In this document: piece by piece, positions 40,411-50,126 of the stretch
Layout: every line of letters begins with the position of its first letter
Numbering within the stretch: position 1 is the first letter of the stretch
Origin: Methylococcaceae bacterium UBA2778
GTDB lineage: Bacteria > Pseudomonadota > Gammaproteobacteria > Methylococcales > UBA2778
DNA: 64,000 nucleotides
Direction of reading: 5' to 3'
Assembly (NCBI GenBank): GCA_002352385.1
Contig: DEII01000052.1
Span: 5,580-69,579, forward strand
Notes under the pieces: model-generated
What the model was told of the DNA's origin: nothing
Seen by the model: the letters and a program-made list of their open reading frames with translations, nothing else
Databases searched by the model: none
Program-made: the position numbers and the translations under genes

Positions 40411-41382
40411 TCAAGGCCCGGCATTGTTTCCAACCTGTGGTGGATAAGGGATATAATCGAAATGAAAGATCAGAAACATCCCCTCGATCGTGCAGCAGGT
40501 GTACGGCCGCCACAAGGTGAATGCGTAGCTTCCGGTCGGCGATACTTTTCCGCCGCCCCAGCCGGTGAGCGACAGCGTGTCGTTCTTGCCGAATACCTCG
40601 CAGATCTGACCTCCCGAGTCCGCCGGCGGCGGATACAGCATCTGCCACCAGCCTTCCTCGTTGGTGTTCTCTATCAACCCTTCCGGCTCCCAGGTGAACT
40701 TGTCGCCGTCATCCGCCTGACCGGTCATCGGGTTGTAAACATGGGGCTGTGCGCTGCGCGTGATGATGTCCCCTGAGCGCTGAGCGAACAGGGCCGCGGC
40801 TTTAGGTTCCGAGTACTGCACGGTCCACCCCGAGCGTGGGTACACATTGCCCCATCGATTCAGCGGCCAGTTGCCGATCTCGCGCAGTCCTGGAATCAAG
40901 GACTGCGGATAGATCATTTCCGGGATTCCCCACTGCCATCCCAGCGGATCCAACGGGGACAGAAAATACGGAGTCAATGCGTCCGCTTGTGACGGGCAAT
41001 AGAGTTGGCCCGCCAATGGATGCCCAAGAATATTGACTTCCCGATGGATCAAATTGTTGTGGTTTCGGTTGTAACTGTCGATGCGCTTTGGGTCTTCCAC
41101 CCGATTGATACCGTCGGGATTGGTGACCTCGATCAGCGCATCCGGGTTGAAATGGCCGTACTTGACCGAGGTATCCACATCGCAGCCGAAGGTCGTGCAG
41201 GTCAGCCAGACACAGATGCCGACCGTCATCGGCAGAATGCAGGCAAAAGGAATATTGTAGGAGAGCGGGACCGACCAGCCGACCGCACCGACGCCCGCGG
41301 CGGCTGTTGCTCTGTGAGAGGTCGCAGTCAGCAGCAATAAGGCCAACAAACAGGCCCGAGCTTTGAGATGGCGGCCAGTCAC
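40411..41382 (-). CDS. ICE conjugation protein (PFL_4710-like family), secreted
   Basis: A 323-aa protein with signal peptide MTGRHLKARACLLALLLLTATSHRATA. It is Cys- and Trp-rich. The stop is 3 nt from the next gene. Confidence 0.65.
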   Translation of the reverse strand: MTGRHLKARACLLALLLLTATSHRATAAAGVGAVGWSVPLSYNIPFACILPMTVGICVWLTCTTFGCDVDTSVKYGHFNPDALIEVTNPDGINRVEDPKRIDSYNRNHNNLIHREVNILGHPLAGQLYCPSQADALTPYFLSPLDPLGWQWGIPEMIYPQSLIPGLREIGNWPLNRWGNVYPRSGWTVQYSEPKAAALFAQRSGDIITRSAQPHVYNPMTGQADDGDKFTWEPEGLIENTNEEGWWQMLYPPPADSGGQICEVFGKNDTLSLTGWGGGKVSPTGSYAFTLWRPYTCCTIEGMFLIFHFDYIPYPPQVGNNAGP

Positions 41383-41846
41383 CGCTGTGCACTCCAGTCC
41401 CGATAACGGTTCAGCGCCTCCTGAAGATCCACGACGCCATAGACGACCGATGCTCCATCGTCGAAGACGATGGCAGGATAGAGGTCGATGCCGTATTCTT
41501 GAGCCTTGATCACACCCTGGTAGGCGGCTACGAAGCGTTGTTTCAACTGTTCGATCCCGATCGTCTGCATGCGCTTCATGAGGATGCGCTTGGATTTTTC
41601 CGGATCGGGTGGCAGTCCATGGCCCAATTCGTGCTCGATGCGCTCCGGAGCATTCATGTTATAGAGATTGATTGTTGCCTTACCAGCCAGTACGCTCTTC
41701 ACTTCCTCGAGACCGGTCAACGACACGCTGTCGTCATAGAAGACATCGATCCGTTCGGGCAGATTGGCGGGCACAGCGTGAAGCTGCGGGGTTCCCAACA
41801 CCGATGCTACTATCAGAGCCAGAATGCCGACTGCTCCGCACCTCAC
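41379..41846 (-). CDS. ICE conjugation protein (PFL_4709-like family), secreted
   Basis: The probable GTG start at 41846 overlaps the ATPase stop as GTGA and gives a signal-like N-terminus, VRCGAVGILALIVASVLG. The ORF-track start at 41912 would overlap the ATPase gene by 70 nt. Confidence 0.6.
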   Translation of the reverse strand: MRCGAVGILALIVASVLGTPQLHAVPANLPERIDVFYDDSVSLTGLEEVKSVLAGKATINLYNMNAPERIEHELGHGLPPDPEKSKRILMKRMQTIGIEQLKQRFVAAYQGVIKAQEYGIDLYPAIVFDDGASVVYGVVDLQEALNRYRDWSAQR

Positions 41847-44668
41847 TCCACAGTCCCCCGTTTCTTGGCAATTTGCTCGGCAACTCTGTGGACCGCTTCC
41901 AGCTCCGAGCACCCGTGTTCACGCATCAGTGCATGGCGCTTGGCCTTTTCGTCTTTCTCCGTCATCGCCAGGGCCAACGCCAGAGGCGGCGGCACATTGC
42001 GAAAAAGAGCCGCCAGCTCGTCGGTCAGGACCACCCCTTCGGTGTAGTGGCCCGACGATTTCCGGGCGGCGAGCAGCAGGGAGCGCTGTTCGTCGCTGAG
42101 CTCCTTGAAGCGGGCGATCTGGTCGATCTCGTCTTTCGGCATGACCAGACAGAGCCACCACTCCAGCATATTGAGCATCTTGCGGCTGGCGTCGGGGAAG
42201 TCCTCCAGATTCTGGGTGGCGATCCAGAACCAGGCGCCGAGCTTGCGCCACATCTTAACGATCTTGATGACATAGGGAGCCAACAGCGGGTTGGTGGTGA
42301 TGATGTGGCCTTCGTCGGTGATCACCAGCGTCGGCCGGTGATCGTTCTGGTGGCGTTCCACCAGGTCGTGGATGTGGTTCATGAGCCCGATGTAGGCGAC
42401 GGTCAACTGATCCTCATAGCCTTCCCTGGCAAGAATGCCGGTATCGGTGATGGTGACATCGACATCCGGCCAGGGGATGCCGGGCCGGTTGAAGAAGCGG
42501 CCGGCCAGGCCGTCGCAGAAGAGCGCCATGCCGTCGGCCATGTCCTGCACCCGTTCCATACGGCGGTCGGTCAGCTTCTCGATGGTGCGCAGGGCCTGCA
42601 CCACGTCTTCGGTGAGCACTTGCTCGCGCCCGTCGGCCCGGACATCCTTTGCCGCCCGCAGAATCGCCTTGCGGATCAGCAGCCGGTCCGAGCGGGTCAT
42701 GCGGTTGTCCTCGCGGATGTCGCCACCGGTGATCATGATCCGGGCGGCGATCTCCATTTCGCCAAGCAGATCGCGGTCGCTCTCCTCGAGATCCTCATCG
42801 GATTTCTCCTCTTTCTCCAGTTCCTGCTCCAGTACCGCTTCGTCGTCCTCCAGATGCAGAGTGCGCCGCTTGTTGCGGTATTGATCGAGCAGTTTGAGCC
42901 CTTCGGCGAAGGGCGGCAGGCTGACATCGGCGCTGGGCGTTAATGAGAGCTGGTTGACACTGACACCTTTCGATTTGAAATACTGGCCCAGCAGGCCGAA
43001 GGAGTTGCCGGCCTCGATAATGAACACCCGCGGGCGGTAGATCGCCATGATCTGCATGATGAGATAAACCAGCATCGCCGATTTGCCCGCCCCGGTCGGG
43101 CCGATGATCAGGGCATGGGCATTTTTCTTCCGGTCGTTGATGTTCAATGGGTCGAAGGTCAAAGGTTCGGCGCCCCGGTTGAAGAACAGCACACCCGGAT
43201 GGCCGGTGCCGGTGGATCGTCCATACAGTGGGATCAGATTGGCGGTATGTTTGGAGAACATCAGACGCGAGCGCCTGGCCGTGCGTCGGTCGTGTTCGGG
43301 GTTGTAATTCATCGGCAGGTTGCGGATGTAACTGTCCTGCGCGATGAGATCGTCCCGCTCCATGATCGGCTGGACGCTGTTGGAGAGAAGGAGCGAGTTG
43401 AGTGCGTTGATCTTCTGGTGCAGGTCCTGTTCATTTTTTCCGCGCACGAAAAAGACCGTCTGCACTGGAAACAGCTTGTTGCCCTTGGCCATCTCCATCA
43501 GCGCTTTTTCTGCATCCATCCCGGCCAGCTTGGCTTCCGCATAGTCGCCGACCGAAGCGCGTTGTATCTGCCCCAGGTGGTGGCGCACTTCGTCCTGCGC
43601 CTTGATCGTGATGGTGATGGTCATCACCGTGTTTTCCGGCATTCGGTCGAACACCGCAAAGATGTGATCGCCCATCCGGCGTTCGGCGCCGAACAGTCCG
43701 ATCTCGGGGATGCGGCGAAGCGCCTGCACGGTGACTGTTTTATGCGGCAGCCCGTCGAACCACCAGATGCCGCTCTCCCGATCCGAATGCGGCATGCCCA
43801 GCATCAGGGTTTCGGCATAGTCATGACCGAACGGCATGTCGTCTCCCGGATAGGGCGCGTTCCTGAGCAATGCCTCAACGTCGCCCTCCGTTGCGGGTGG
43901 ATTTGGGTTGAACCAACGGAACATCCACTCATAGAGATCCTCCCCGCCGCACCGTCTGGCGCGAACGCCGGCCGAATTGAGGGCGGTAATGAATTTGGAG
44001 GCCACATCGTTGAGTTCTTCCTCGGGCGTCGAGTCCAGATAGCTACGCAGGCTTTGCTTCGGCTTCCCGCGCCGATACAGCGTGGCTCGGATCTTTCGCA
44101 TCTGTCCCCGCCACGGGCCTCCGGTCACCATCTGGTCGTTAAACAAACCGCCCGAGCGGGAGATGTCCTTGAGATGGTTGCGCAGATCACTAAGATAAGC
44201 CTCGGTCAGTTGCGTCCCTTTCGCCCGTTCATGCGCATAGGCTTCGATCTCATCCGCCACATGCTCAAGATGCGCTTCGTCCTGAAGATAGAACTGCAGG
44301 ATCCATGGGGATGTCAGCTCCTCCGGTATCGATTCGGTGATCACGGTCTGCAGTTTGTCCCTCAGATCGATCATATATTGATCCGGTCGTGCTTCGGCGC
44401 CGATCGGATACAGTTCGAACAGGGCAGCGACGCTGGTGCCGTCATCGAGCAGGAAGGCTTCTGTTTCCGGATCGTACTCCAGCCATGGCAAAAGACTCGT
44501 GAACGAATCCGGCCGGTCATACATCTGCCGCACCCGCGCCTCGGTGGGCGGTTTGTCGGTCGAGCGGCGGCGATAGCGGGTATGATCGAGTTTTTTCTGC
44601 TTTCTTTTGTGCTTCTCGCCGGGTTGTGGAAGAAAGCGTCGGAAAAACGGTTTGGATGCTCTTTTCAT
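41843..44668 (-). CDS. conjugative transfer ATPase (TraC/VirB4 class, PFL_4706-like)
   Basis: Walker A is IIGPTGAGKS and a Walker B-like motif is LVITDEGH. The likely start is ATG 44668 (MKRASKPFFRRF...), 7 nt after the upstream stop. The ORF-track start at 44779 would overlap the lipoprotein gene. Confidence 0.85.
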   Translation of the reverse strand: MKRASKPFFRRFLPQPGEKHKRKQKKLDHTRYRRRSTDKPPTEARVRQMYDRPDSFTSLLPWLEYDPETEAFLLDDGTSVAALFELYPIGAEARPDQYMIDLRDKLQTVITESIPEELTSPWILQFYLQDEAHLEHVADEIEAYAHERAKGTQLTEAYLSDLRNHLKDISRSGGLFNDQMVTGGPWRGQMRKIRATLYRRGKPKQSLRSYLDSTPEEELNDVASKFITALNSAGVRARRCGGEDLYEWMFRWFNPNPPATEGDVEALLRNAPYPGDDMPFGHDYAETLMLGMPHSDRESGIWWFDGLPHKTVTVQALRRIPEIGLFGAERRMGDHIFAVFDRMPENTVMTITITIKAQDEVRHHLGQIQRASVGDYAEAKLAGMDAEKALMEMAKGNKLFPVQTVFFVRGKNEQDLHQKINALNSLLLSNSVQPIMERDDLIAQDSYIRNLPMNYNPEHDRRTARRSRLMFSKHTANLIPLYGRSTGTGHPGVLFFNRGAEPLTFDPLNINDRKKNAHALIIGPTGAGKSAMLVYLIMQIMAIYRPRVFIIEAGNSFGLLGQYFKSKGVSVNQLSLTPSADVSLPPFAEGLKLLDQYRNKRRTLHLEDDEAVLEQELEKEEKSDEDLEESDRDLLGEMEIAARIMITGGDIREDNRMTRSDRLLIRKAILRAAKDVRADGREQVLTEDVVQALRTIEKLTDRRMERVQDMADGMALFCDGLAGRFFNRPGIPWPDVDVTITDTGILAREGYEDQLTVAYIGLMNHIHDLVERHQNDHRPTLVITDEGHIITTNPLLAPYVIKIVKMWRKLGAWFWIATQNLEDFPDASRKMLNMLEWWLCLVMPKDEIDQIARFKELSDEQRSLLLAARKSSGHYTEGVVLTDELAALFRNVPPPLALALAMTEKDEKAKRHALMREHGCSELEAVHRVAEQIAKKRGTVE

Positions 44669-44675
44669 AAACTTG

Positions 44676-45119
44676 TCACCGATCACCGTGAATGGATCGC
44701 TTGGCCAACCCGCGATAGCCCGACACTTCGCCGGGCAGTGCGTACTCCACGGTCTCGTACATCGGGAAGCTCGTGGCATACCCCGGCACCGGGTTGCCGG
44801 CAGGGCCGGTCAGGTGGGGAAAGACGTACAGAACCAGTGTCGGGTTTGGCAGCCGCGGAAACAGCGCATCGATCTCGTCGCTCATGTCGCGGGTGTAGCC
44901 ATAAAGATCCGCTGGTCCATCGTCGATCTTCCGGCTGCCCATGGCATCCCGTGCTGTGTTCTCGGGAAGCCGGGATCTGCCAAAATGCACATCGTAGACT
45001 TCCTTCATGGTCGGCCCGTCCTGCGGCAGCATCGCATTCTTGCCGTCGGTGGCGCATCCAGCTAAGCCCAAGCTAATCGAGATGGCGACGACTGTAATAA
45101 TTGTTCGCTGAGCCTGCAT
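44676..45119 (-). CDS. conjugative transfer region lipoprotein
   Basis: The internal ATG at 45119 gives MQAQRTIITVVAISISLGLAGCATDG, a signal peptide with a lipobox (LAGC). Confidence 0.7.
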   Translation of the reverse strand: MQAQRTIITVVAISISLGLAGCATDGKNAMLPQDGPTMKEVYDVHFGRSRLPENTARDAMGSRKIDDGPADLYGYTRDMSDEIDALFPRLPNPTLVLYVFPHLTGPAGNPVPGYATSFPMYETVEYALPGEVSGYRGLAKRSIHGDR

Positions 45120-46458
45120 AGGCGGTTTTTCTCCCGTTCGGTTGGTAATCGATAGGCAGTTCACGATCGATGTGCACCGCGATTTCGGCGCCAGTATCCA
45201 CATAAATGACATCGAACGACTGTGCCATCCGTTCTTGGATATAGTCGCTGATTTCGCTTCCCGCCCCTGCCAGTGCGTTGTAGCCGGCATACTTTGGCGC
45301 ATCGCCGGTCACCGTGGAGGTGGTCGTACCGGCAAATGGCGAGACGACATTGGTCGTTTCGTTGAAAGCGAACGCCTGCGCCCCGGCCTCCACCCCCTTG
45401 GCGAAGATCCGGGCCGTGAGATAGGAGGCGGTGTTGCTGATGCGTTCGCCGGCGATACACGGAATCCCCCGGCGGTCGGAGATCCAGCCCAGCGGTTTGT
45501 TGCGGTTGTTCGAACCGGTCGAGTCATTGTTCAGACTTCTATCATCGGAGGACAGTGTGCGTATGGTCCCGTCCTGGAACACATAGGTCACGGAGATCAC
45601 TTCGCCGCGCACACAGGACAGCGTCCAGTCGCCGGTCGCCATGCCGCTGAAGATCATGCCGTCGAGACCGGGAATGTCGATCCCGTTGGCCGCGAGGTTG
45701 TCGTTGCCGACGATGACCTTGAACGGAAAAGGATCCTCGATCTTGTTTTCGAACGGAATCCGCCCAAGCAATGCGGTCATGCCGGTCGATCCGATCAATG
45801 TGGCGTTGCGCGGGACGGTGTAAACCGGTTCGGGTTCGTCTTCTTGTTCGGATAGGGTTTGTACGGCATCCTCACGCAGCCCTTCGCCGTCATGCAGAAG
45901 ACTGCCGGTTGTTTGTTTCGCAGCAGCATAAATTGGGTTTCCTTTCTGGTCAGTCCGAGAATCAAGCGGCTCTACCCAGGCCACGGTTGGCATTGCTTTG
46001 CCATCGCCTTGAGGTCCGATGCCCAGTCCCGGAGGAATGTCGCCACTGCCTATTTGGGGTGCTGCCTGCTTGATGCCTATGTCATCGATCCTGTTTTGCA
46101 GGATGGACAGCTTGTCGGTCAGCTGAGTGAATGCCGAATCGTTGCGGGCGACTTCCTCCCGGCGGATTTCATCGCGCACTGTCGCAACGACCTGACCGGC
46201 GATCTCGTTGCGCTGTTTCAGCAGCTGCTTGTTCTGCGCGTCCAGCACTTTGCTCTGCGCCTGGATGGTGGCGACTTCGGCGGTCAGGGTGCGGATGGTG
46301 TCCGCCGGCGAGTCGACATCGGGCGCCGGGGCCTGCGGTACCGATTTGAGCGTGACGTCGAAATCATCATCGTGCCTGGAACAGGATTTGATTCCGACGA
46401 ACAGCGCCATCAGGAGTACGATGCCGCCAACGATGGGCAATATCCTGTTCGCTACCAT
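45073..46458 (-). CDS. ICE conjugation protein (PFL_4705-like), bitopic with a coiled-coil
   Basis: A 461-aa protein with an N-terminal TM segment (ILPIVGGIVLLMALFVGI), then a coiled-coil-like region and a beta-rich C-terminus. Confidence 0.65.
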   Translation of the reverse strand: MVANRILPIVGGIVLLMALFVGIKSCSRHDDDFDVTLKSVPQAPAPDVDSPADTIRTLTAEVATIQAQSKVLDAQNKQLLKQRNEIAGQVVATVRDEIRREEVARNDSAFTQLTDKLSILQNRIDDIGIKQAAPQIGSGDIPPGLGIGPQGDGKAMPTVAWVEPLDSRTDQKGNPIYAAAKQTTGSLLHDGEGLREDAVQTLSEQEDEPEPVYTVPRNATLIGSTGMTALLGRIPFENKIEDPFPFKVIVGNDNLAANGIDIPGLDGMIFSGMATGDWTLSCVRGEVISVTYVFQDGTIRTLSSDDRSLNNDSTGSNNRNKPLGWISDRRGIPCIAGERISNTASYLTARIFAKGVEAGAQAFAFNETTNVVSPFAGTTTSTVTGDAPKYAGYNALAGAGSEISDYIQERMAQSFDVIYVDTGAEIAVHIDRELPIDYQPNGRKTAYAGSANNYYSRRHLD

Positions 46459-47273
46459 GACAGCGAGTCCTCGAATGGCCGCTCGGAGATCAGATAAACC
46501 GCCGTCGTATCGGCTTCCTCTCCCGCCTTGAACAGCCTAGCATGCTGGAACGTCGCCGTCAGCCATTTGCCTCGCAACGCTCTCGGGTCCAACGTGACCG
46601 GGTGGTTGCTCAGGTTTCTAAGCCGCACCGCCGTCACATGAAGGCGGCCGCTGCGCCAAGCCACCAGTGGTATGGCTTCGATATGACTGCCGCGCAGCAG
46701 GGCAACCGGTTTGCGTCTGACGCCGGCCCGAAACACCCCGGTCGGGGTTCGCAGAAGCCGTTTCGGCGCATAGAGCTGCTGTGAAGAAAAACGGGTCAGG
46801 GTGACATAATCCTGTTCCGTGTTTTTTCCGCTGTTGCGTCGTTGCTTGTAAGATTCGGCCGTGGAACCACTACGCCGGGTTGCACCGGAATCGCTGATGA
46901 TCTCAATCGGTGCCGCACTCGCCTGTTTTTGATCGACCGCTTTCAGGTCGATCAGATAGTAATCGCCGGTTTCGGCGTTTTGAACCTGCACCCGGGCGGT
47001 ATCGAAGGGACTCACGGCCAGCCAGTAAACGACTCCTTTGACGCTCTGGGTGCGCAGCAGTGCAGTTATTTCAGAAGGGATGCCGACGCGCACGCTGCCA
47101 GGGAAGGTGATCATTCTTTCCCGGCCTACCGGCAGTGTGATGTTGATCGGCACTTTTTTCCAGATGATGCGTTCGACAGGGTCCGGATTGGGACTGACGT
47201 CCGCATAGGCGGCTGCGGCGATCGACGCGATCAACCACAGGGCGAGGACCGGAAGGATGACGATCTGTTTCAC
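46452..47273 (-). CDS. ICE conjugation protein, periplasmic
   Basis: A 273-aa protein with signal peptide MKQIVILPVLALWLIASIAAAAYA. It overlaps both neighbouring genes. Confidence 0.65.
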   Translation of the reverse strand: MKQIVILPVLALWLIASIAAAAYADVSPNPDPVERIIWKKVPINITLPVGRERMITFPGSVRVGIPSEITALLRTQSVKGVVYWLAVSPFDTARVQVQNAETGDYYLIDLKAVDQKQASAAPIEIISDSGATRRSGSTAESYKQRRNSGKNTEQDYVTLTRFSSQQLYAPKRLLRTPTGVFRAGVRRKPVALLRGSHIEAIPLVAWRSGRLHVTAVRLRNLSNHPVTLDPRALRGKWLTATFQHARLFKAGEEADTTAVYLISERPFEDSLSW

Positions 47274-47938
47274 GGGGCGTTCTCCTGATCGGGTTCATCC
47301 GTTTCTTCTCCAGCGAGTTCTGCTTCAGTCAGGTGCCTTGGCCCCTCGCCTGCAAATGCATCCACCGCCAGCCCCCATGGGTTGCTTTCAGGATCGATGT
47401 CGTGTCGAACCACCCGGACCGGATAGCGGATACTGACCTGCTTGACCGGCATGCCTCGCACGTATTCCCTGATGTCGTAGTCCAGCCAGACGATCCATGT
47501 GCTGTTGTCCAGTATCTCGACCCGTCGCTCTTCGTAGCCGTGGCCGGGGATGATCTGGATGAGGCGGGTGCGCCCGGAGAGCTCGCCGCGTTTGCCCCGC
47601 ATCGCCATGTCGGCGGTGAGAAAGGCTCGGAAGCGTGGGGTGAGATAAGGCGACAGACGGAAGATCTGCATGCCGTAGTCTTTCGAGCCATCGTCCGGCC
47701 AATGGTTGGCCTGCTGGACGATGTACTGCGCGAAGGCATACACATTGGCCGGGCCGATGTCGTTGGCCTTGATCACCGCACCGGATCGAAGGTCCGGTGG
47801 GATATGGATCCGCACGTCGCCTCTCGCCCGTTCCCAGCCGTGCCACAGCGCCGCGATCACCACAAGCTGCAGGCCGATCACCCAGCGCAAGGTGCGGATG
47901 TGGGATTCCATGTTGATGGTCTTGTCGCGGTATCTCAT
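47270..47938 (-). CDS. ICE conjugation protein, bitopic membrane protein
   Basis: One TM segment (LRWVIGLQLVVIAALW). The start could be 47938 (MRYRDK...) or 47965. It shares an ATGA-type overlap with the downstream gene. Confidence 0.6.
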   Translation of the reverse strand: MRYRDKTINMESHIRTLRWVIGLQLVVIAALWHGWERARGDVRIHIPPDLRSGAVIKANDIGPANVYAFAQYIVQQANHWPDDGSKDYGMQIFRLSPYLTPRFRAFLTADMAMRGKRGELSGRTRLIQIIPGHGYEERRVEILDNSTWIVWLDYDIREYVRGMPVKQVSIRYPVRVVRHDIDPESNPWGLAVDAFAGEGPRHLTEAELAGEETDEPDQENAP

Positions 47939-48291
47939 GCTTGTTCCCGGCCCAGGTCCCACCACCCACTGCGTCGGATCAGGCCGGCTTTGCGAAGCCC
48001 CAGGTCATCGAGCGTGACGATCATCCGATGTTGATAGTAGTTGTCCGGCCGGCCCCGCTTGATCTTTTGGAACAAGGTGGAGCCGAAGAAGACCGTCGCC
48101 AGGACGCCGGTGACGGCGATGCCGAGACCCATGGCGATCACGCCCATCAGGGCGGCGATGATCAGGCCTGCCGGCACCCAGAACACCACCGCGAGCATCA
48201 GAATCATGGCCAGCTCGGAAGAACCGCTGCCCCGAAAGATGACCGGCTCGCTGTTGAGCCGGTCAGCCAGTGTTTCGGTCGAATCCTCCAT
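47935..48291 (-). CDS. conjugative transfer region membrane protein
   Basis: A 118-aa protein with two adjacent TM segments (LAMILMLAVVFWVPAGLIIAALMGVIAMGLGIAVTGVLATVFF). Confidence 0.6.
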   Translation of the reverse strand: MEDSTETLADRLNSEPVIFRGSGSSELAMILMLAVVFWVPAGLIIAALMGVIAMGLGIAVTGVLATVFFGSTLFQKIKRGRPDNYYQHRMIVTLDDLGLRKAGLIRRSGWWDLGREQA

Positions 48292-48298
48292 GGTTTGG

Positions 48299-48664
48299 TT
48301 AGATGGTGGTGGATGCCTCGGTGAGCAGGTAGCTGATGAAGACCATCACGCCTGCCGCCACCACACCGGTCAGGCCGACCTCTCCCCATTCCGCTTTGCC
48401 CATTCGTGCTTCGTTGAATTTGGAGATCGTGATGTACGAGATCCATAGAAACGCGATGACCGCAATGGCAAGACCCAGCACGAGGCCGCCGTCCTTGATG
48501 TAGCCCTTGATCAACTCCAGCCAGTTGCCCGCGGCCGGGGCGGTACTGGGTGCGATCGGCGTCGGCAGGGCCGCCTGAGCGATGTGAATGCTTCCTGCCG
48601 CAAGCAACACCGCCGTGGTCATACTGGCAGTAATATGGTTCCTCAGTTTTGAAAATGCCTTCAT
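48299..48664 (-). CDS. ICE membrane protein, possibly pilin-like
   Basis: A 121-aa protein with a signal-like N-terminus ending AQA, followed by two hydrophobic helices. The size and topology resemble VirB2/TrbC-type pilins (inference). Confidence 0.55.
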   Translation of the reverse strand: MKAFSKLRNHITASMTTAVLLAAGSIHIAQAALPTPIAPSTAPAAGNWLELIKGYIKDGGLVLGLAIAVIAFLWISYITISKFNEARMGKAEWGEVGLTGVVAAGVMVFISYLLTEASTTI

Positions 48665-48689
48665 TAAAAGTTTCCTTTGTGAATATTGA

Positions 48690-48920
48690 TTAACGGATCA
48701 GATAACCCAGCAACAGCATGATGATCGCCGCGCGGATGATACTCCAGGCCAGGTCGTACATCGTGGCCTGTCCCGCCCGCCACAGTTTCAGTTGCGATAG
48801 CCCGATCCATGCGCCCCAGATGAGAAAGATCAGTGCGACGATGCTCGCAATCGTCAGTGTCAAATCGGCGATGGTGACGCCTGTGGACGCATTGAAAGCA
48901 CTCGTTTGCGCCGCTGTCAT
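48690..48920 (-). CDS. small ICE membrane protein
   Basis: A 76-aa protein with two TM segments, in the conserved position within the cluster. Confidence 0.5.
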   Translation of the reverse strand: MTAAQTSAFNASTGVTIADLTLTIASIVALIFLIWGAWIGLSQLKLWRAGQATMYDLAWSIIRAAIIMLLLGYLIR

Positions 48921-48932
48921 GGTCGTAGCCAG

Positions 48933-49226
48933 CTATCTTCTGTAGTCGCCTTTGAGTGCTGGAAAGGTTCTCGGCTCGTTCCGGGGTGCATCGATATGCT
49001 CCCGGATGCCGAGGATGATACGGTCGAGGTCCTGTTTAAGCCATCCGTATCGGAAGCGAATCCGGGCATCGGGGTTGGCCCGGGCTTCCGCTTCGTTCAT
49101 CAGGGGATCGAGCGCCTCTAGTTCACGAACGAACTGCGCGAGCTTCGCCCGCTCGCCGCCGGCATCCGCGAATACCGGCCGCACCAGCACGACGGTCATG
49201 AACATCAGAACAAGGGTTTTCCGCAT
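48933..49226 (-). CDS. small secreted ICE protein (RAQPRD-family-like); first gene of this transfer block
   Basis: The start at 49226 gives MRKTLVLMFMTVVLVRPVFA. The C-terminal ...HIDAPRNEPRTFP resembles the family's name-giving motif region (recalled). Confidence 0.5.
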   Translation of the reverse strand: MRKTLVLMFMTVVLVRPVFADAGGERAKLAQFVRELEALDPLMNEAEARANPDARIRFRYGWLKQDLDRIILGIREHIDAPRNEPRTFPALKGDYRR

Positions 49227-49377
49227 CGAACACTCCACACAAATTACTCGAAGCGCATCATCGCCAATTTGGAAAACGGATGCCAGAAAAAACCGTATTT
49301 TGGTTTTGGACGGTTTTTACTGCTTCTTTAGGTGGGAGAAATGTTGGGCTTTGATCGGAGAGCATAGATTATGAAAT

Positions 49378-49403
49378 CGACCAAGAGAAGCCTCTTGGTC
49401 GAA
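49378..49403. promoter_or_regulatory. perfect 11-bp inverted repeat in the divergent, AT-rich intergenic region
   Basis: TCGACCAAGAG-AAGC-CTCTTGGTCGA lies between the leftward T4SS operon start (49226/49238) and the rightward AbiEi gene (49530). Whether it acts as an operator or a terminator is not determinable from sequence. Confidence 0.35.
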
Positions 49404-49529
49404 TCTTCGTTTCGTTTTACAGATACGTCTTGAAGATTGTAGCCATCACCGCACAAAAGGTAGTACCACCCGGTTAGGATGGCCACGAGTGGCATTGACA
49501 AATAAATATTTCTGTCGATACTGTTACAC

Positions 49530-50126
49530 ATGTTTGAGGGGGCAACGAAGACCGAGCTGGTCCTGGGACTCGCAAAGCAACTGGGATTACTTCGGGTCCG
49601 TGACCTTCCTTCACGGGGGATTCATCCGAAATACACGCCCCCGTTGTGCAAAAAAGTCCTGCTTACGCGCACTGGCCGCGGCCTTTCCATCGCGGCCGAT
49701 GGAGAGAGCTCGATCCATCACGGCTTGGCGCAAGCGTCCGAACGGGTGCCGCTCGGGGTAATCTGCCTGCTCTCTGCACTCCAGTTTCACAAGCTGGGCA
49801 CCCAGAGTCCCTTCAAAGCCTGGCTGGCTCTGGATCGCAGGGCGGCGCGGCGGCGTACTGGCTACTTGCCGCTACGCATCATGCACTTCTCCGGTGACGC
49901 GCTGACCGAAGGTATTGAGAAACATTTCATCGAAACTGTTCTAGCCAGGCTCTACTGCTCGGAAAAGACCATTGCGGATTGTTTCAAGTACCGCAACAAG
50001 ATTGGCCTTGATGTCGCACTGGAGGCACTGCGGGATTGTCGCGAAAAGAAGAAATGTAGAAATGATGATCTCTGGCGTTACGCTAAGGTCTGCCACGTGG
50101 CGAACGTTATTTGGCCCCCATGTTGA
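49530..50126 (+). CDS. AbiEi-family antitoxin/transcriptional regulator (type IV TA) with no cognate AbiEii gene
   Basis: ...PLGVICLLSALQFHKLGTQSPFKAWLAL...EKTIADCFKYRNKIGLDVALEALRDC... is the hallmark AbiEi_3-type pattern (recalled). The last residues, VIWPPC*, diverge at a C5 run (50115-50119). Confidence 0.75.
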   Translation: MFEGATKTELVLGLAKQLGLLRVRDLPSRGIHPKYTPPLCKKVLLTRTGRGLSIAADGESSIHHGLAQASERVPLGVICLLSALQFHKLGTQSPFKAWLALDRRAARRRTGYLPLRIMHFSGDALTEGIEKHFIETVLARLYCSEKTIADCFKYRNKIGLDVALEALRDCREKKKCRNDDLWRYAKVCHVANVIWPPC

